This document shows, piece after piece, positions 18,580 to 28,399 of a stretch of 64,000 nucleotides of DNA (positions are counted from its first letter, which is position 1; each line of letters opens with the position of its first letter). The notes under the pieces are model-generated. The model saw only the letters and a program-made list of their open reading frames with translations, was not told where the DNA came from and ran no database searches. Where the stretch lies: IMG/VR virus record IMGVR_UViG_3300017971_000186. The stretch is one strand, 5' to 3'. A program made the position numbers and the translations under genes. The stretch comes from a virus. Lineage: Duplodnaviria; Heunggongvirae; Uroviricota; Caudoviricetes.

Positions 18580-21500
18580 GTGTTGAAATATCTATTAATC
18601 ATAATTATTAACCTGTTCCTCACAGGGTTGGCTATTCAAGCGGATGAAATATCATATCTTTTAAAAAATGTTGCTATCGATGGAGATGGTTGGTACAGAA
18701 GTACAGACTGGAAAGATGGATTCGGTTTAGACGAAGAATTTTATTTCAGTACTGAAAATGGTGATACTGTATACTCTGTTGGCTATGGGCAAGTCGATAT
18801 GGCTTTAACAGATAGTCTAAGAAAAAAGTTAGGATATGAATATCTTGTAGTGATTGTTAAACACTTCTATGATAAAAATGATACTGAATCATATTACTAT
18901 GGTCTTTACAATCTATTAAAGGACATATTTGTCACTGAGGGCCAATGGATTGAGAAAGGCCACCCCATTGCTACTGCAGATGGATCTAAAATCAGATTCA
19001 GTACCATAGGATTAGATTTTCCCGTAATTATTCAACTTCAAGATACTTTAATAATACTCCCTAATCCTGGTTTCAAATCACCCCGATCCTGGTTAAATAC
19101 TTCAGTATTCTATTCCACTCTGTATAAATATGATTTCGGGCCTTCCTGCAATTATTCCAGTGAACAATGGGATACTACTAGCACCAGTTTAATAAGCCCT
19201 GAATTAACACAGGCAAATTCATCTGTTATTTATTTCTATATGAAAAAATTACCCTCAACCGATACCCTTTATCTCCATGACGGTCAACTCGCCGATGTAA
19301 TGGCTCTTGTTAAAGATAAAAATGATGTATGGAACTATTTACCTATTCTTAATGCTAATGCTGACTACAGTTTTAGAGAAGGAGATATTTCCATAGATGA
19401 ATATAACGTATATAAAGTAGACTGTTTAGGAATGGAAGTAAAACAAGTCTCTCTTGACGTATTAGAGAAGTATCAAGTCAGATGGATTAAAATCTTGATG
19501 CCAGCAAAAAGAGATACAGTTAATTTTTATGAAATAGATACAACTGATTGTGATAGACAAGCCTTTAAAGAAGAATGGAATAATAGCGATAATTTAAGTA
19601 ATTGGAAAAGCCTTCGATCCTCTATTTCATATGACATAGATAAAGGAAACCCTGGAGCCTCATTAAAAGTGAAATCAAACAATATCAGACATGATGAAAT
19701 CGGAGTATCTGTCGATAAAAGATATACAGGTAATTTAGCTTGTAATAATATCACCGGAATCAATTTCGACATCAAAACACCTGATATGAATTTTTTCGAA
19801 GTCAGATTAAGATGCAATATTAATAAAGCATGGAAAAAAATATTTACAAGAGAAGATTTTAAAATTAACTCCTGGTCCCACTTAAGTGTCAAATTAGATC
19901 CTACTTGGTCAGATAGTGAAGCAATTGCCAATGGCTGGGAACAGGAATCTCCTCTCAGAGTTATAAGTTTCGCTGAAAATCTCAATTTAATTTCAGCTTT
20001 AGAAATATATGGTATAACCCACTTTTGCCGAGATAGTCTTCTTCAATTTAATATTGATAATTTTCAAGTATGTTATGATGCTACTTGTACCCAGACAGAT
20101 ATTTCCCAAATATACCCTAAAAATTTAATAGTTATTCAAGCTGATAGAGATTCAGCTATGCTTCGTTGGAATAGTATCCCTACAAGCCAATATATAGTAT
20201 ATAAAGACACAAGTCCTATTGATACTATATCTGATACATTCTATGTAGATCGAAATATAAATCAATCGCTAATTTCAACTTATAGTGTAATTGGATTAGA
20301 CAACGGGTCTATGTCTGGGATCTCTGATATAATTACAATGGATTTTTACAAAGATATAAGACAATATGGCGATTGGAGAAATTACACTTCAGCTCGGGGA
20401 ACCAAATATACTATCCTTCAAAGTGATACCGATAAAGTAAATATTGGAAATACTTTTATGGATATGTTAATCAGATTAGAAGGGAATCTCAATGTAGGAT
20501 GGAAACTATTCATGAATGACTCTTTTAACCTCGATATGCATGCCCCTTATTTAGATGCCCATTATAGATTAAAATCATGGGGACATTACAGAATCACTCA
20601 TTATTTGGAAACAAAAGACAATGACACAATCCTTCTAGTTTTTGATACTCGGCATCGGGATAAATATATCAGTAAAAATGGTGAATTGCGCTATGGTATA
20701 GGCCCACATAATGATGGATCATGGAAAAGAGTAAATCATCATTTACAACACTCTTTAAATGAAATTGCTGTAGCATTAAGAAAAGTTCCCAAAAGAATCA
20801 CCCGACTTATTGAAATTAGATTTAAATGTGATACCGTTGAAATGGAAATACCAACATTTTTTCATGACTCTACTAATGCTATGAGTGATAAATTTTATAT
20901 TCGAGATACCAGCATAGTATTAGCTAATTGGGACATAAGAGGCAATGATTCAAATGCCATCGTAACAAAATTCTATGAATATGAAGATAGTACCTATTGT
21001 ACAAGACTACTCACCACTAATGGAATGGCCACAAGTTTCAAACTCAAATTTGATGAACCTAATGTGTCTCAATTCTTTTCTTATATTGGTATTAAAAATT
21101 ATACCAGTGATTTTAGAATGTATTACGAAGTATTAGTTGTAGATACTGTAAATGATACTGTTATTGACTACGATATTGCTTATGATACCAGAAACTGGAC
21201 CGAAAAAAGAATAGCCCATTATGTTTCAGGCCGAGATGCCCGTATCGGGATAGGTGATGGCCGATTTGGAGTATATTGGCATAGTTATTATGGCTTTTTA
21301 CAAGAAGATCTCGATAGTGTTTGTTCAGCCGAAGGTATACCCAAAATGGAAATTATTGGTGTATTAGGAATATCTTTCAGAATAGAACGAGAAATACTCC
21401 TTTATGGTTTGCATTTAGGCGACACAAAAAAAGATGTATTATGGACAGATCGAACTCCTTACACATCTGTTAACCATCCTGACCATTACAAGGTATGGAA

Positions 21501-22710
21501 AATACTGGGAACTAAACAAGGAACTTCCTTAAATACAGTTGGAGTCTTCACTGAATTTATCAGTGATAGTGGTATGGCTACTTTGTATAAATTCAAATTT
21601 CCATTACCCAATACTCACCAATTTTATGGATTCACAAATATTACATCATTCGATCCTTTTAGACTCTTTGTAGAAGTAATAACTAATAAAAACACAATAT
21701 GCCGTATTGCTTATGATACTCGGTATGATAAAGGATTTAAAAAAATGTATAGTAATGGAAAAGAAGCTCGGGTTGGCATCGGTGCTGTCCCAGATACTCT
21801 TATCCATGACTACAACTTTGATCTTAAAAAAGATTTAATTGATGTATCAACTACCTCAGGAATAGATACATTATATCCTGTAGCCGTTACTGGAATATAT
21901 CTTAGAACTGGGAATAAAACTCGTATGGCTCCTTTTGAATTAAGATCAAATCCACAACCCGATTATTCCCCACCACAACCAAACCCTTTATCCTGGGAAG
22001 TTGCTCCGGTAATTATGGGACATAATTCTATAATGATGGAAGCTGTTGAAGCCACAGATGAGAATGGAGTTGAATATCATTTTGAATGTATTGGAGGACC
22101 ATGCCATAATAGCAAATGGCAAGAAAGCCCTATTTACGTTGATACTGGAATTTATAATCCTAATCTCTGTACTTATAGGGTAAGAGCAATAGATAACAGT
22201 CCTAGAAGAGCTTATAATATTACTCATTGGTCTGTGCCGGGATCTGCCGTGGCTCATGTTGCTCCAACAATAGGGTACACAACCATTTTTCCGAAGAAAG
22301 TAACAACTACCCCAAGACGTGCGATGCCTTTCACAATGCCATATAATGACTATATAGACAGTATAGCCATTTACCATGGTGGTGGTACCGGCAACCTTAT
22401 TTTGGCTGTATATGATGGAGATAACGTTCCTGAGAACTTATTAGGCATCACTCCTCAAACAAATGTAAATTCAAATGAAGGATGGCAAACAATCAGTTTA
22501 ACAACACCGGTAAATATTTTAGCAGGAACTAAGATCTGGTTAGCATGGGTATTTGAAAATGCTACAGAAGTACGGTATGAAGAACATGATTCAGGAAGAG
22601 CTTTGGTTAATGGATCATCGTGGTCTGATGGAATGCCAAATCACTTCGGAAGTAGTACTGTATCAAATTATGTCTACTCAATATATGCCATTTATAGGAA
22701 TTCACCATAA
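18580..22710 (+). CDS. Giant secreted multidomain protein (1376 aa) with FN3-like domain and internal repeats. GTG/TTG start after AAAAGGAG.
   Basis: Signal peptide 'MLKYLLIIIINLFLTGLAIQA'. FN3-like segment around 20080-20330 (LRWNSIP...YIVYKD). The repeated block 'AYDTR...RIGIG/RVGIG' occurs twice. Confidence 0.5.
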   Translation: MLKYLLIIIINLFLTGLAIQADEISYLLKNVAIDGDGWYRSTDWKDGFGLDEEFYFSTENGDTVYSVGYGQVDMALTDSLRKKLGYEYLVVIVKHFYDKNDTESYYYGLYNLLKDIFVTEGQWIEKGHPIATADGSKIRFSTIGLDFPVIIQLQDTLIILPNPGFKSPRSWLNTSVFYSTLYKYDFGPSCNYSSEQWDTTSTSLISPELTQANSSVIYFYMKKLPSTDTLYLHDGQLADVMALVKDKNDVWNYLPILNANADYSFREGDISIDEYNVYKVDCLGMEVKQVSLDVLEKYQVRWIKILMPAKRDTVNFYEIDTTDCDRQAFKEEWNNSDNLSNWKSLRSSISYDIDKGNPGASLKVKSNNIRHDEIGVSVDKRYTGNLACNNITGINFDIKTPDMNFFEVRLRCNINKAWKKIFTREDFKINSWSHLSVKLDPTWSDSEAIANGWEQESPLRVISFAENLNLISALEIYGITHFCRDSLLQFNIDNFQVCYDATCTQTDISQIYPKNLIVIQADRDSAMLRWNSIPTSQYIVYKDTSPIDTISDTFYVDRNINQSLISTYSVIGLDNGSMSGISDIITMDFYKDIRQYGDWRNYTSARGTKYTILQSDTDKVNIGNTFMDMLIRLEGNLNVGWKLFMNDSFNLDMHAPYLDAHYRLKSWGHYRITHYLETKDNDTILLVFDTRHRDKYISKNGELRYGIGPHNDGSWKRVNHHLQHSLNEIAVALRKVPKRITRLIEIRFKCDTVEMEIPTFFHDSTNAMSDKFYIRDTSIVLANWDIRGNDSNAIVTKFYEYEDSTYCTRLLTTNGMATSFKLKFDEPNVSQFFSYIGIKNYTSDFRMYYEVLVVDTVNDTVIDYDIAYDTRNWTEKRIAHYVSGRDARIGIGDGRFGVYWHSYYGFLQEDLDSVCSAEGIPKMEIIGVLGISFRIEREILLYGLHLGDTKKDVLWTDRTPYTSVNHPDHYKVWKILGTKQGTSLNTVGVFTEFISDSGMATLYKFKFPLPNTHQFYGFTNITSFDPFRLFVEVITNKNTICRIAYDTRYDKGFKKMYSNGKEARVGIGAVPDTLIHDYNFDLKKDLIDVSTTSGIDTLYPVAVTGIYLRTGNKTRMAPFELRSNPQPDYSPPQPNPLSWEVAPVIMGHNSIMMEAVEATDENGVEYHFECIGGPCHNSKWQESPIYVDTGIYNPNLCTYRVRAIDNSPRRAYNITHWSVPGSAVAHVAPTIGYTTIFPKKVTTTPRRAMPFTMPYNDYIDSIAIYHGGGTGNLILAVYDGDNVPENLLGITPQTNVNSNEGWQTISLTTPVNILAGTKIWLAWVFENATEVRYEEHDSGRALVNGSSWSDGMPNHFGSSTVSNYVYSIYAIYRNSP

Positions 22711-22763
22711 ATTAATATGCTACAAATTTAGTATTGATATTAGTTTCGAGAAATTTCGTTGAA

Positions 22764-22783
22764 CCCTGAAAGATATTTCAGGG
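22764..22783. terminator. candidate bidirectional hairpin terminator between convergent gene blocks
   Basis: Perfect inverted repeat CCCTGAAA-GATA-TTTCAGGG. The following T-tract is weak. Confidence 0.3.
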
Positions 22784-22875
22784 TCATCGGGGTTTATACT
22801 CATTGTCTCTTCAATATCATCACATTCTTTTATAATAGTATCAAAAGATTCCAGAATACTTTTTTCCCATAGAAA

Positions 22876-23064
22876 TTATTCTTTTATTTCTGATTTCTTA
22901 GATTCATTTAACCTTTCCATCTGTCTTTCTAACATTATTACTCTACTTTCAAGAGTATATAACATTTGGGCCAGACAACCTATGGAAGTATAAATTCCTC
23001 GAATAAAATAAAGACCAAGCATAAAAATAATAACAAAACCAATATATAAAATGATGTAGAGCAT
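22876..23064 (-). CDS. small TM plus coiled-coil protein
   Basis: 62-aa ORF at the distal end of the minus-strand operon. Confidence 0.25.
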   Translation of the reverse strand: MLYIILYIGFVIIFMLGLYFIRGIYTSIGCLAQMLYTLESRVIMLERQMERLNESKKSEIKE

Positions 23065-23151
23065 AACATTTAGAGAGTTGTTTAATAGTTAAAATCACTG
23101 ATGTCTTATTATTTAAATTATGCATTATTCGAAAATTTATTTAAATTTATT

Positions 23152-23331
23152 TTTTTAATAATAATCCGTGTCTACTATGAAAGATTCATCATACCCATCC
23201 CCATAGGTTTTCAAACATCCATTGGAATCCATAAAAGTACCATTTACTGTATATGTAACATTACCATCAGTAGCACTCATTCCATCAAAATCACCATTTA
23301 AAGCATCACATTCTTTTTTATTATCTGTCAT
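23152..23331 (-). CDS. small hypothetical protein (59 aa)
   Basis: 'MTDNKKECDALNGDFDGMSATDGNV...'. ATGA overlap with the stop of the upstream gene. Below the track cutoff. Confidence 0.3.
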
Positions 23332-24158
23332 TTCTTTTCCTTTTCTGTTTTTGATACTGGAAATAATTGCAAATTCAAATGGAATACCCCATTGGTAGGT
23401 ACTTGATCCTCATCTATAATTTCAGCTATTTTTATCTGAAGATTTTTCATTTCAGCTTTTATTAAGGATAATGCTTTTATAGAAACTCTATTTGTAATTG
23501 TAGTAAGTTCTTGATTTTCAATCCCTTTAAAAAGGGCATTTTGACCCAATTCTAATACTTGTTTGTGAAATTTCTTAAAAGCTAATTCTCTTAATTCATC
23601 ACTAATAACAATAGATTTACAATGCACATATTTACCCGATGATCCCTTTTTTATAAGTCCCAATTCTTTTAATAAAGTTACCGCTTTCCGTGCCTGGACT
23701 TCGGTTATAGGAGGATCTACTGCTTTTGCTAAAATCTTATAATCATTTTTCCAATCATAAAATGCCAATAATTCATAAATAACAACATGATACCATTTAG
23801 AGAAGTAATCAAACTCATTTTTTAAAGTTTGAAATTTTTTTGACTTCTTACCAAGTGATTGTAATTGGTAGAATTGATATTCTTTTTCATCGATATTCTT
23901 AGAATTATTAAAATTAACCAGAGCTATGAAATATTTTTCCTCTCTTTTATTCAGTTCCATAGCTTTAGTAATCATATGGGTGCTACGTTGAGCTAGTTTT
24001 TTTTCTCCACTAATAACTTTGGGTATGAAAGTTTTAGTCCGGAAACCAGCCTTATCAGCAAAATACTGATATGAAAATTTCGGATTTAATTGTTTTTGCT
24101 CTTTATAGTAATCGGAAATAAAATCTTTATAGCTAGTATAGTCAAAGATACTGATCAT
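23328..24158 (-). CDS. TIGR02147-like putative DNA-binding/regulatory protein
   Basis: The N-terminus 'MISIFDYTSYKDFISDYYKEQKQLNPKFSYQYFADKAGF' resembles the family I recall as TIGR02147. Identification from memory only. Confidence 0.3.
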   Translation of the reverse strand: MISIFDYTSYKDFISDYYKEQKQLNPKFSYQYFADKAGFRTKTFIPKVISGEKKLAQRSTHMITKAMELNKREEKYFIALVNFNNSKNIDEKEYQFYQLQSLGKKSKKFQTLKNEFDYFSKWYHVVIYELLAFYDWKNDYKILAKAVDPPITEVQARKAVTLLKELGLIKKGSSGKYVHCKSIVISDELRELAFKKFHKQVLELGQNALFKGIENQELTTITNRVSIKALSLIKAEMKNLQIKIAEIIDEDQVPTNGVFHLNLQLFPVSKTEKEKK

Positions 24159-24361
24159 TAGATGACCTCATAGTAATCTGTTTGTTGATGTATAACTTAG
24201 TTAAATGAATTAAGTTAGAGGTGTTTTAATAATAATATAATTTTGGATTATAACTTGGCAATAAAAAAATGTTCCCCATACAAAGAAAATAATTTTTTCC
24301 AGTAAAAATGTATAGTGTTGGAAGTATTAAAGTTAAATGTAATTATTTTATACTAAAAGTC

Positions 24362-25207
24362 TTACTCAACTTTACTTTCATAGAATATACCTATATAAAT
24401 TTTCCACATATCCTTTGGACTCAGCGATTTTAACCGTTTCCAATTAAAAGTATCTTTAAATTCAGCTCCTTTACTTTCATACTTTTTATCATATCCCTTA
24501 TACCACTGGAAAGGAACCTCTTTACCATCAATATTTCGAACAAAAATAGTTCGAGGTGTCACCACAACAGTCCGTGTCTCAAGAGGAATATGGGTATTAA
24601 AACCCAAAGGACTCTTTTGGACAAAATATTCTATTGTATCTCTATCTACAATAGTAATAATAAGAGGATAAATCTCACGGTTTTTACTTATCGGTGCCGA
24701 TCCCTGTAAACTGTCTTCTAATGGTATGTGACGGATATCTCCAAACGGAGCTGGATAAAGCTTTCCATCCTGCCATAAATAAGAAGTTTCCTGGAACTTC
24801 TTATCCATTTGTCTGATAAATGTACCGTAAGCACCAAATTTTCGATAATATTCAAATAGTAATGGTTTTGTATAGAGCCAATAACTATAACCCTCACGCC
24901 ATATATCCTCACCCAATAATTTTAATTGAGCCCCTATACGTCTTCTATGAGAAGCCCGTCCTTTATAGAGATCAATAAGACAGTATTGACGAATAACCAA
25001 ATTGTTCGGAGCTGCACCTTCGGCCATTTTAACCCACATATTTTTCGTGAGCCTTTTCTTTTCCTCTTTAGTAAGAGACTTATTATCTAAATAATCATTA
25101 TACTTTTTTTCTTGAAAATTTGCGAGACTAGAACCATACTCAAAATTATAAGTACAACCAAAAAAAAGGAGAGTAATAACAAGGATTAAAATAACGAGGA
25201 AATTCAT
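24362..25207 (-). CDS. putative lipoprotein
   Basis: Signal peptide with lipobox-like 'LLFFGC'. Confidence 0.5.
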   Translation of the reverse strand: MNFLVILILVITLLFFGCTYNFEYGSSLANFQEKKYNDYLDNKSLTKEEKKRLTKNMWVKMAEGAAPNNLVIRQYCLIDLYKGRASHRRRIGAQLKLLGEDIWREGYSYWLYTKPLLFEYYRKFGAYGTFIRQMDKKFQETSYLWQDGKLYPAPFGDIRHIPLEDSLQGSAPISKNREIYPLIITIVDRDTIEYFVQKSPLGFNTHIPLETRTVVVTPRTIFVRNIDGKEVPFQWYKGYDKKYESKGAEFKDTFNWKRLKSLSPKDMWKIYIGIFYESKVE

Positions 25208-25306
25208 AAGTTATCCTCCTTAAAACTGGGAGAGAATTAAATTTAATACCACCTGCCTCAAAAGAAGCTTTACCTATGAAAGTGAATAAAGAGATTATTA
25301 CAAAAA

Positions 25307-25702
25307 TCAAATAAATTTTATATTTCTGGTATGCCCAAAAATGGTACCTATTACCTGCACATCATAAGGGAGGCTGTTTTCAGAACAATTATAACAGATT
25401 ACATATTTTTGTTTGGGTAAATTTTCCAATGAATAAACCTTATGTGAATGCGATATGGAAAATAATCGAGCTTGTGATTCCAATTCTATCACTATAGGAG
25501 CATCATAAATTTTACTAGCCTGGATTACAGCGCTGTCTAAAGCATCCTGAGGTACGTTATCAGCAATATAGATACCATCATTGGTAATAGCATACTCAAT
25601 ATATTTCAGGGCCTGTCCTGCATACCTGGTAGAAGGAAAACGAAAAGCTTTAATTTTTTTTCTTTGGTTTTGAAAATGAACTGCAATTTCAAACCTATCC
25701 AT
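25307..25702 (-). CDS. leader-family protein (N-terminal 'MDRFEIAV')
   Basis: An internal Met of the track ORF gives 'MDRFEIAVHFQNQRKK', matching the family leader. Confidence 0.45.
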   Translation of the reverse strand: MDRFEIAVHFQNQRKKIKAFRFPSTRYAGQALKYIEYAITNDGIYIADNVPQDALDSAVIQASKIYDAPIVIELESQARLFSISHSHKVYSLENLPKQKYVICYNCSENSLPYDVQVIGTIFGHTRNIKFI

Positions 25703-26393
25703 AGCGACCTCCATCAACTTCCCCTTGTCTTTGAAAACCAGCTCGAATATCTCGATTAAGCGCCTGGGCTTCTCGGGTAGGAAGTGTTAAATGAAGAGTG
25801 GAACGGCCATTTTCATTTTCACTAATAGAATAAGCCAAAGATCTTAATGGAATAATTATTCGGTGCCCGTCAGGACCTGCTATCAATAGATGCCTAGAAG
25901 TAGGTCCACGAGAACTCATAGTATCCCCAGAATGAGTTATAGCTGAAGTACCCATATTTAACATAGTCCTTGCAACTTCCTCAGCTTGTACTGCCATTTC
26001 TCGATGTATTTGTTCTCCAAGAGCTGATTCTTCCTGTTCTGGAGAAGAGATATCAATACCAAGTTGACCTTGAGAAGAAATAGTAAGACCTGGCTGTCCT
26101 CGAACCCCTTGAGTACCAGTTACACCGAACATATGAGTAACCCCTGGAATTATCTGAGTACCTGTCTGACCTTGAAGCATTCTTGTTTGATTAGAATTAT
26201 CTGGAGAATCCCAATTACCAGGATTTCTCTCTATTTGTCTTTCTAGACCAATTGGAGGTATTTGAGTATTACTAGAACCATCTGACTTATTCTGAAAACG
26301 ATTTACTATATTACTTAATAAAGATCCTTTAACTTTATTTATAGTTTTTTCTACTGGTTTCTTTTTATTCAGTGCTATATCAAATCTATTCAT
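25695..26393 (-). CDS. leader-family protein (N-terminal 'MNRFDIALNKKKP'), Gly/Gln-rich collagen-like middle
   Basis: The track ORF begins at a GTG. The ATG three codons in gives the family leader. 'QGQTGTQ...GVRGQPG'. Confidence 0.5.
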   Translation of the reverse strand: MNRFDIALNKKKPVEKTINKVKGSLLSNIVNRFQNKSDGSSNTQIPPIGLERQIERNPGNWDSPDNSNQTRMLQGQTGTQIIPGVTHMFGVTGTQGVRGQPGLTISSQGQLGIDISSPEQEESALGEQIHREMAVQAEEVARTMLNMGTSAITHSGDTMSSRGPTSRHLLIAGPDGHRIIIPLRSLAYSISENENGRSTLHLTLPTREAQALNRDIRAGFQRQGEVDGGRYG

Positions 26394-26535
26394 TACCACA
26401 TAGCTCCTGTTATACCTGTGATGTTCCTAATTCCTCTATAATTCACAGTTTTTTGACCATCAACTCTATTATTAATTTTCTGATTTAACTCTTTCTTTTT
26501 CGGCTCTTTATTTAAAACTATACCATATCGATTCA
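26394..26535 (-). CDS. mini leader-family protein (46 aa, 'MNRYGIVLNKEPKKKE')
   Basis: Below the track cutoff. TAATG stop-start overlap with the next member. Confidence 0.35.
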
Positions 26536-26548
26536 TTTATTTTCTCGA

Positions 26549-27175
26549 TTAAAAGGGTAAATCATCTTCCCAGTTATTATCAGGATTAAATGACTCATTA
26601 GAATCGTCCGAATTCATATCAAATTCACTTGCATCAGCAGAATCATTAAATTCTCTATTTGACTCAAGATTTATAGTTGGAAGAGACGAATTACTTTCTA
26701 GATCTTTGTTATAACCATTTTGAACAAGAAGTTCTCTAGCTATTTCCCAATCACCCCTATTTACAATAACATGATTTTCATCAAGATTTAATCGAGATTG
26801 TGTATCTGGATGAATATGAAGTACACCACGACAACAAGATATATCTAATATATTTGATATAATACCAATAGGTATTATACTCTCATTAATAATTGGAACA
26901 ATTTCTCCAATTGAATTAACACCAACCGCATCTCCAACAGATACATTATATTCATTTTCAATCTCTACTTGAATAATACTAACTGCTGGTGCTCCTGCTA
27001 CATTCATATTTCTATTTATAGTCATTGCATCTTCAGGAGAAGATCTTACATTAATAGCGTCTTGAAATAAAGCTATCTCGATTCTTTTTACCTCTGATTC
27101 TTTCAAATCATCAGGTTCTTTTCCAGAAACTTTTTTCAGAGATCTCTTATTAAGTATTATGTCGAAACGCCCCAT
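26549..27175 (-). CDS. leader-family protein ('MGRFDIILNKRSLKK')
   Basis: AAGGT RBS. The C-terminal region 'HIHPDTQSRLNLDENHVIVNRGDWEIAREL' is paralogous to the next member. Confidence 0.55.
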   Translation of the reverse strand: MGRFDIILNKRSLKKVSGKEPDDLKESEVKRIEIALFQDAINVRSSPEDAMTINRNMNVAGAPAVSIIQVEIENEYNVSVGDAVGVNSIGEIVPIINESIIPIGIISNILDISCCRGVLHIHPDTQSRLNLDENHVIVNRGDWEIARELLVQNGYNKDLESNSSLPTINLESNREFNDSADASEFDMNSDDSNESFNPDNNWEDDLPF

Positions 27176-27183
27176 ACATTACC

Positions 27184-27594
27184 TTAAGAATTGCTGATAT
27201 TTAAACTTGAAAGATTATACCTACTTAAATCAGGAACAGTCCTTCCTCTATGTAAAGGAGGTGAAGAAGGTGGAGGAAGATTAGTATAAGTCCCATCAAT
27301 CCCCGTTAAAGTTTGCCTAGCTCTTTCCCAATCCCCTCGATCCACAATTACATGATCATTGCCAATATTTAATCGTTGTTGAAGTCCTGGATGCTCATGA
27401 AGAAAACCTCTTTTCGTATGCCCTCTTGAGATGCCCACTATTTCAATATTTTCATTTTGTTCTTTCTGAAGCTTCGCTATTAAAGCTACAACTGTTTCTG
27501 AATCAGCACTCCCTATATCAACCCCCATTATTAAATTAGGTTGATCACGTTTTATAGGCACTTTTTTCCCTTTTATAATATCATATCTACTCAT
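27184..27594 (-). CDS. leader-family protein ('MSRYDIIKGKKVPIKRD')
   Basis: ATGA overlap. The C-terminal region 'LHEHPGLQQRLNIGNDHVIVDRGDWERARQTL' is paralogous to the previous member. Confidence 0.55.
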   Translation of the reverse strand: MSRYDIIKGKKVPIKRDQPNLIMGVDIGSADSETVVALIAKLQKEQNENIEIVGISRGHTKRGFLHEHPGLQQRLNIGNDHVIVDRGDWERARQTLTGIDGTYTNLPPPSSPPLHRGRTVPDLSRYNLSSLNISNS

Positions 27595-27890
27595 ACTATG
27601 CTATTTCCAATGATAGGGACACCACCTTCTCTCACAAAACTTATATCAAATAGTTCATACATTGGATATTGAGAAGTCTGATCATTACCTGTTTGGTCAC
27701 TACCCCTAAATGGGATCGGTTCATCTCTCTTATATCTGGGTGGACCTATAGAAAAATTTGATAATAAAGATGATGGTCTACTTTTTAATTGAAAATCCTT
27801 CATACTTTCTTTAAAAGTTTCCAATGTCAATGGATCCATTTTATCAAACAAAGAAGGTTTTTTATTTAACAAGATATCATAACGATTCAT
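27591..27890 (-). CDS. leader-family protein ('MNRYDILLNKKPSLFDK')
   Basis: AGGGG RBS. 99 aa. Confidence 0.5.
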   Translation of the reverse strand: MNRYDILLNKKPSLFDKMDPLTLETFKESMKDFQLKSRPSSLLSNFSIGPPRYKRDEPIPFRGSDQTGNDQTSQYPMYELFDISFVREGGVPIIGNSIV

Positions 27891-27898
27891 TTATACCC

Positions 27899-28399
27899 CT
27901 ATTCAAAAATCAATTCAATCTTAACCTTTTTATTAACCAATTCTTCAGCCAAAAAAACATCCCATTTCAACCCTAAAATATTCATCACTCTACTTCCAAA
28001 AGATTCCCTGTATTTTAACAACTGACTCTCATCACATGTAGCATAGACAATTTTATCCGGTGGTAACATCTGAAATCTATCCATATAAAAATCAACATTA
28101 TCATAGAACAGATAGGGATGACCATACATATACCGTTCATTAGACATTGAACAAGTCTTTAAATTCTTCATCCTTTTTGGGTTGTTTTCAATCATCGCTC
28201 CTAACATATTCAAAATGAAAGATTCTTGTGATTTAATTATACATAGTAAACAAGGATAACCTAACTTTAAATAGATATTTAATATTCTTAATAAAGCTGT
28301 TGTCTTCCCACTATTCCTTGAACCTACAATCATCCTTCTACAACATGGAGGAGGCGCAGGAGGTGGATCTTTACCAAGTATAATATCATATCTATTCAC
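27899..28399 (-). CDS. leader-family protein with P-loop ('MNRYDIILGKDPPPAPPP...IVGSRNSGKTTALL')
   Basis: GTG start overlapping the XRE stop. Walker A GxxxxGKT. Confidence 0.55.
   Translation of the reverse strand: MNRYDIILGKDPPPAPPPCCRRMIVGSRNSGKTTALLRILNIYLKLGYPCLLCIIKSQESFILNMLGAMIENNPKRMKNLKTCSMSNERYMYGHPYLFYDNVDFYMDRFQMLPPDKIVYATCDESQLLKYRESFGSRVMNILGLKWDVFLAEELVNKKVKIELIFE

Noticed and set aside
23101-23301. Plus-strand 66-aa ORF in the convergent intergenic region.
   Set aside because: Low-complexity Ile/Phe-rich translation. The opposite strand contains a better 59-aa ORF (23152..23331) with ATGA coupling to the upstream gene.
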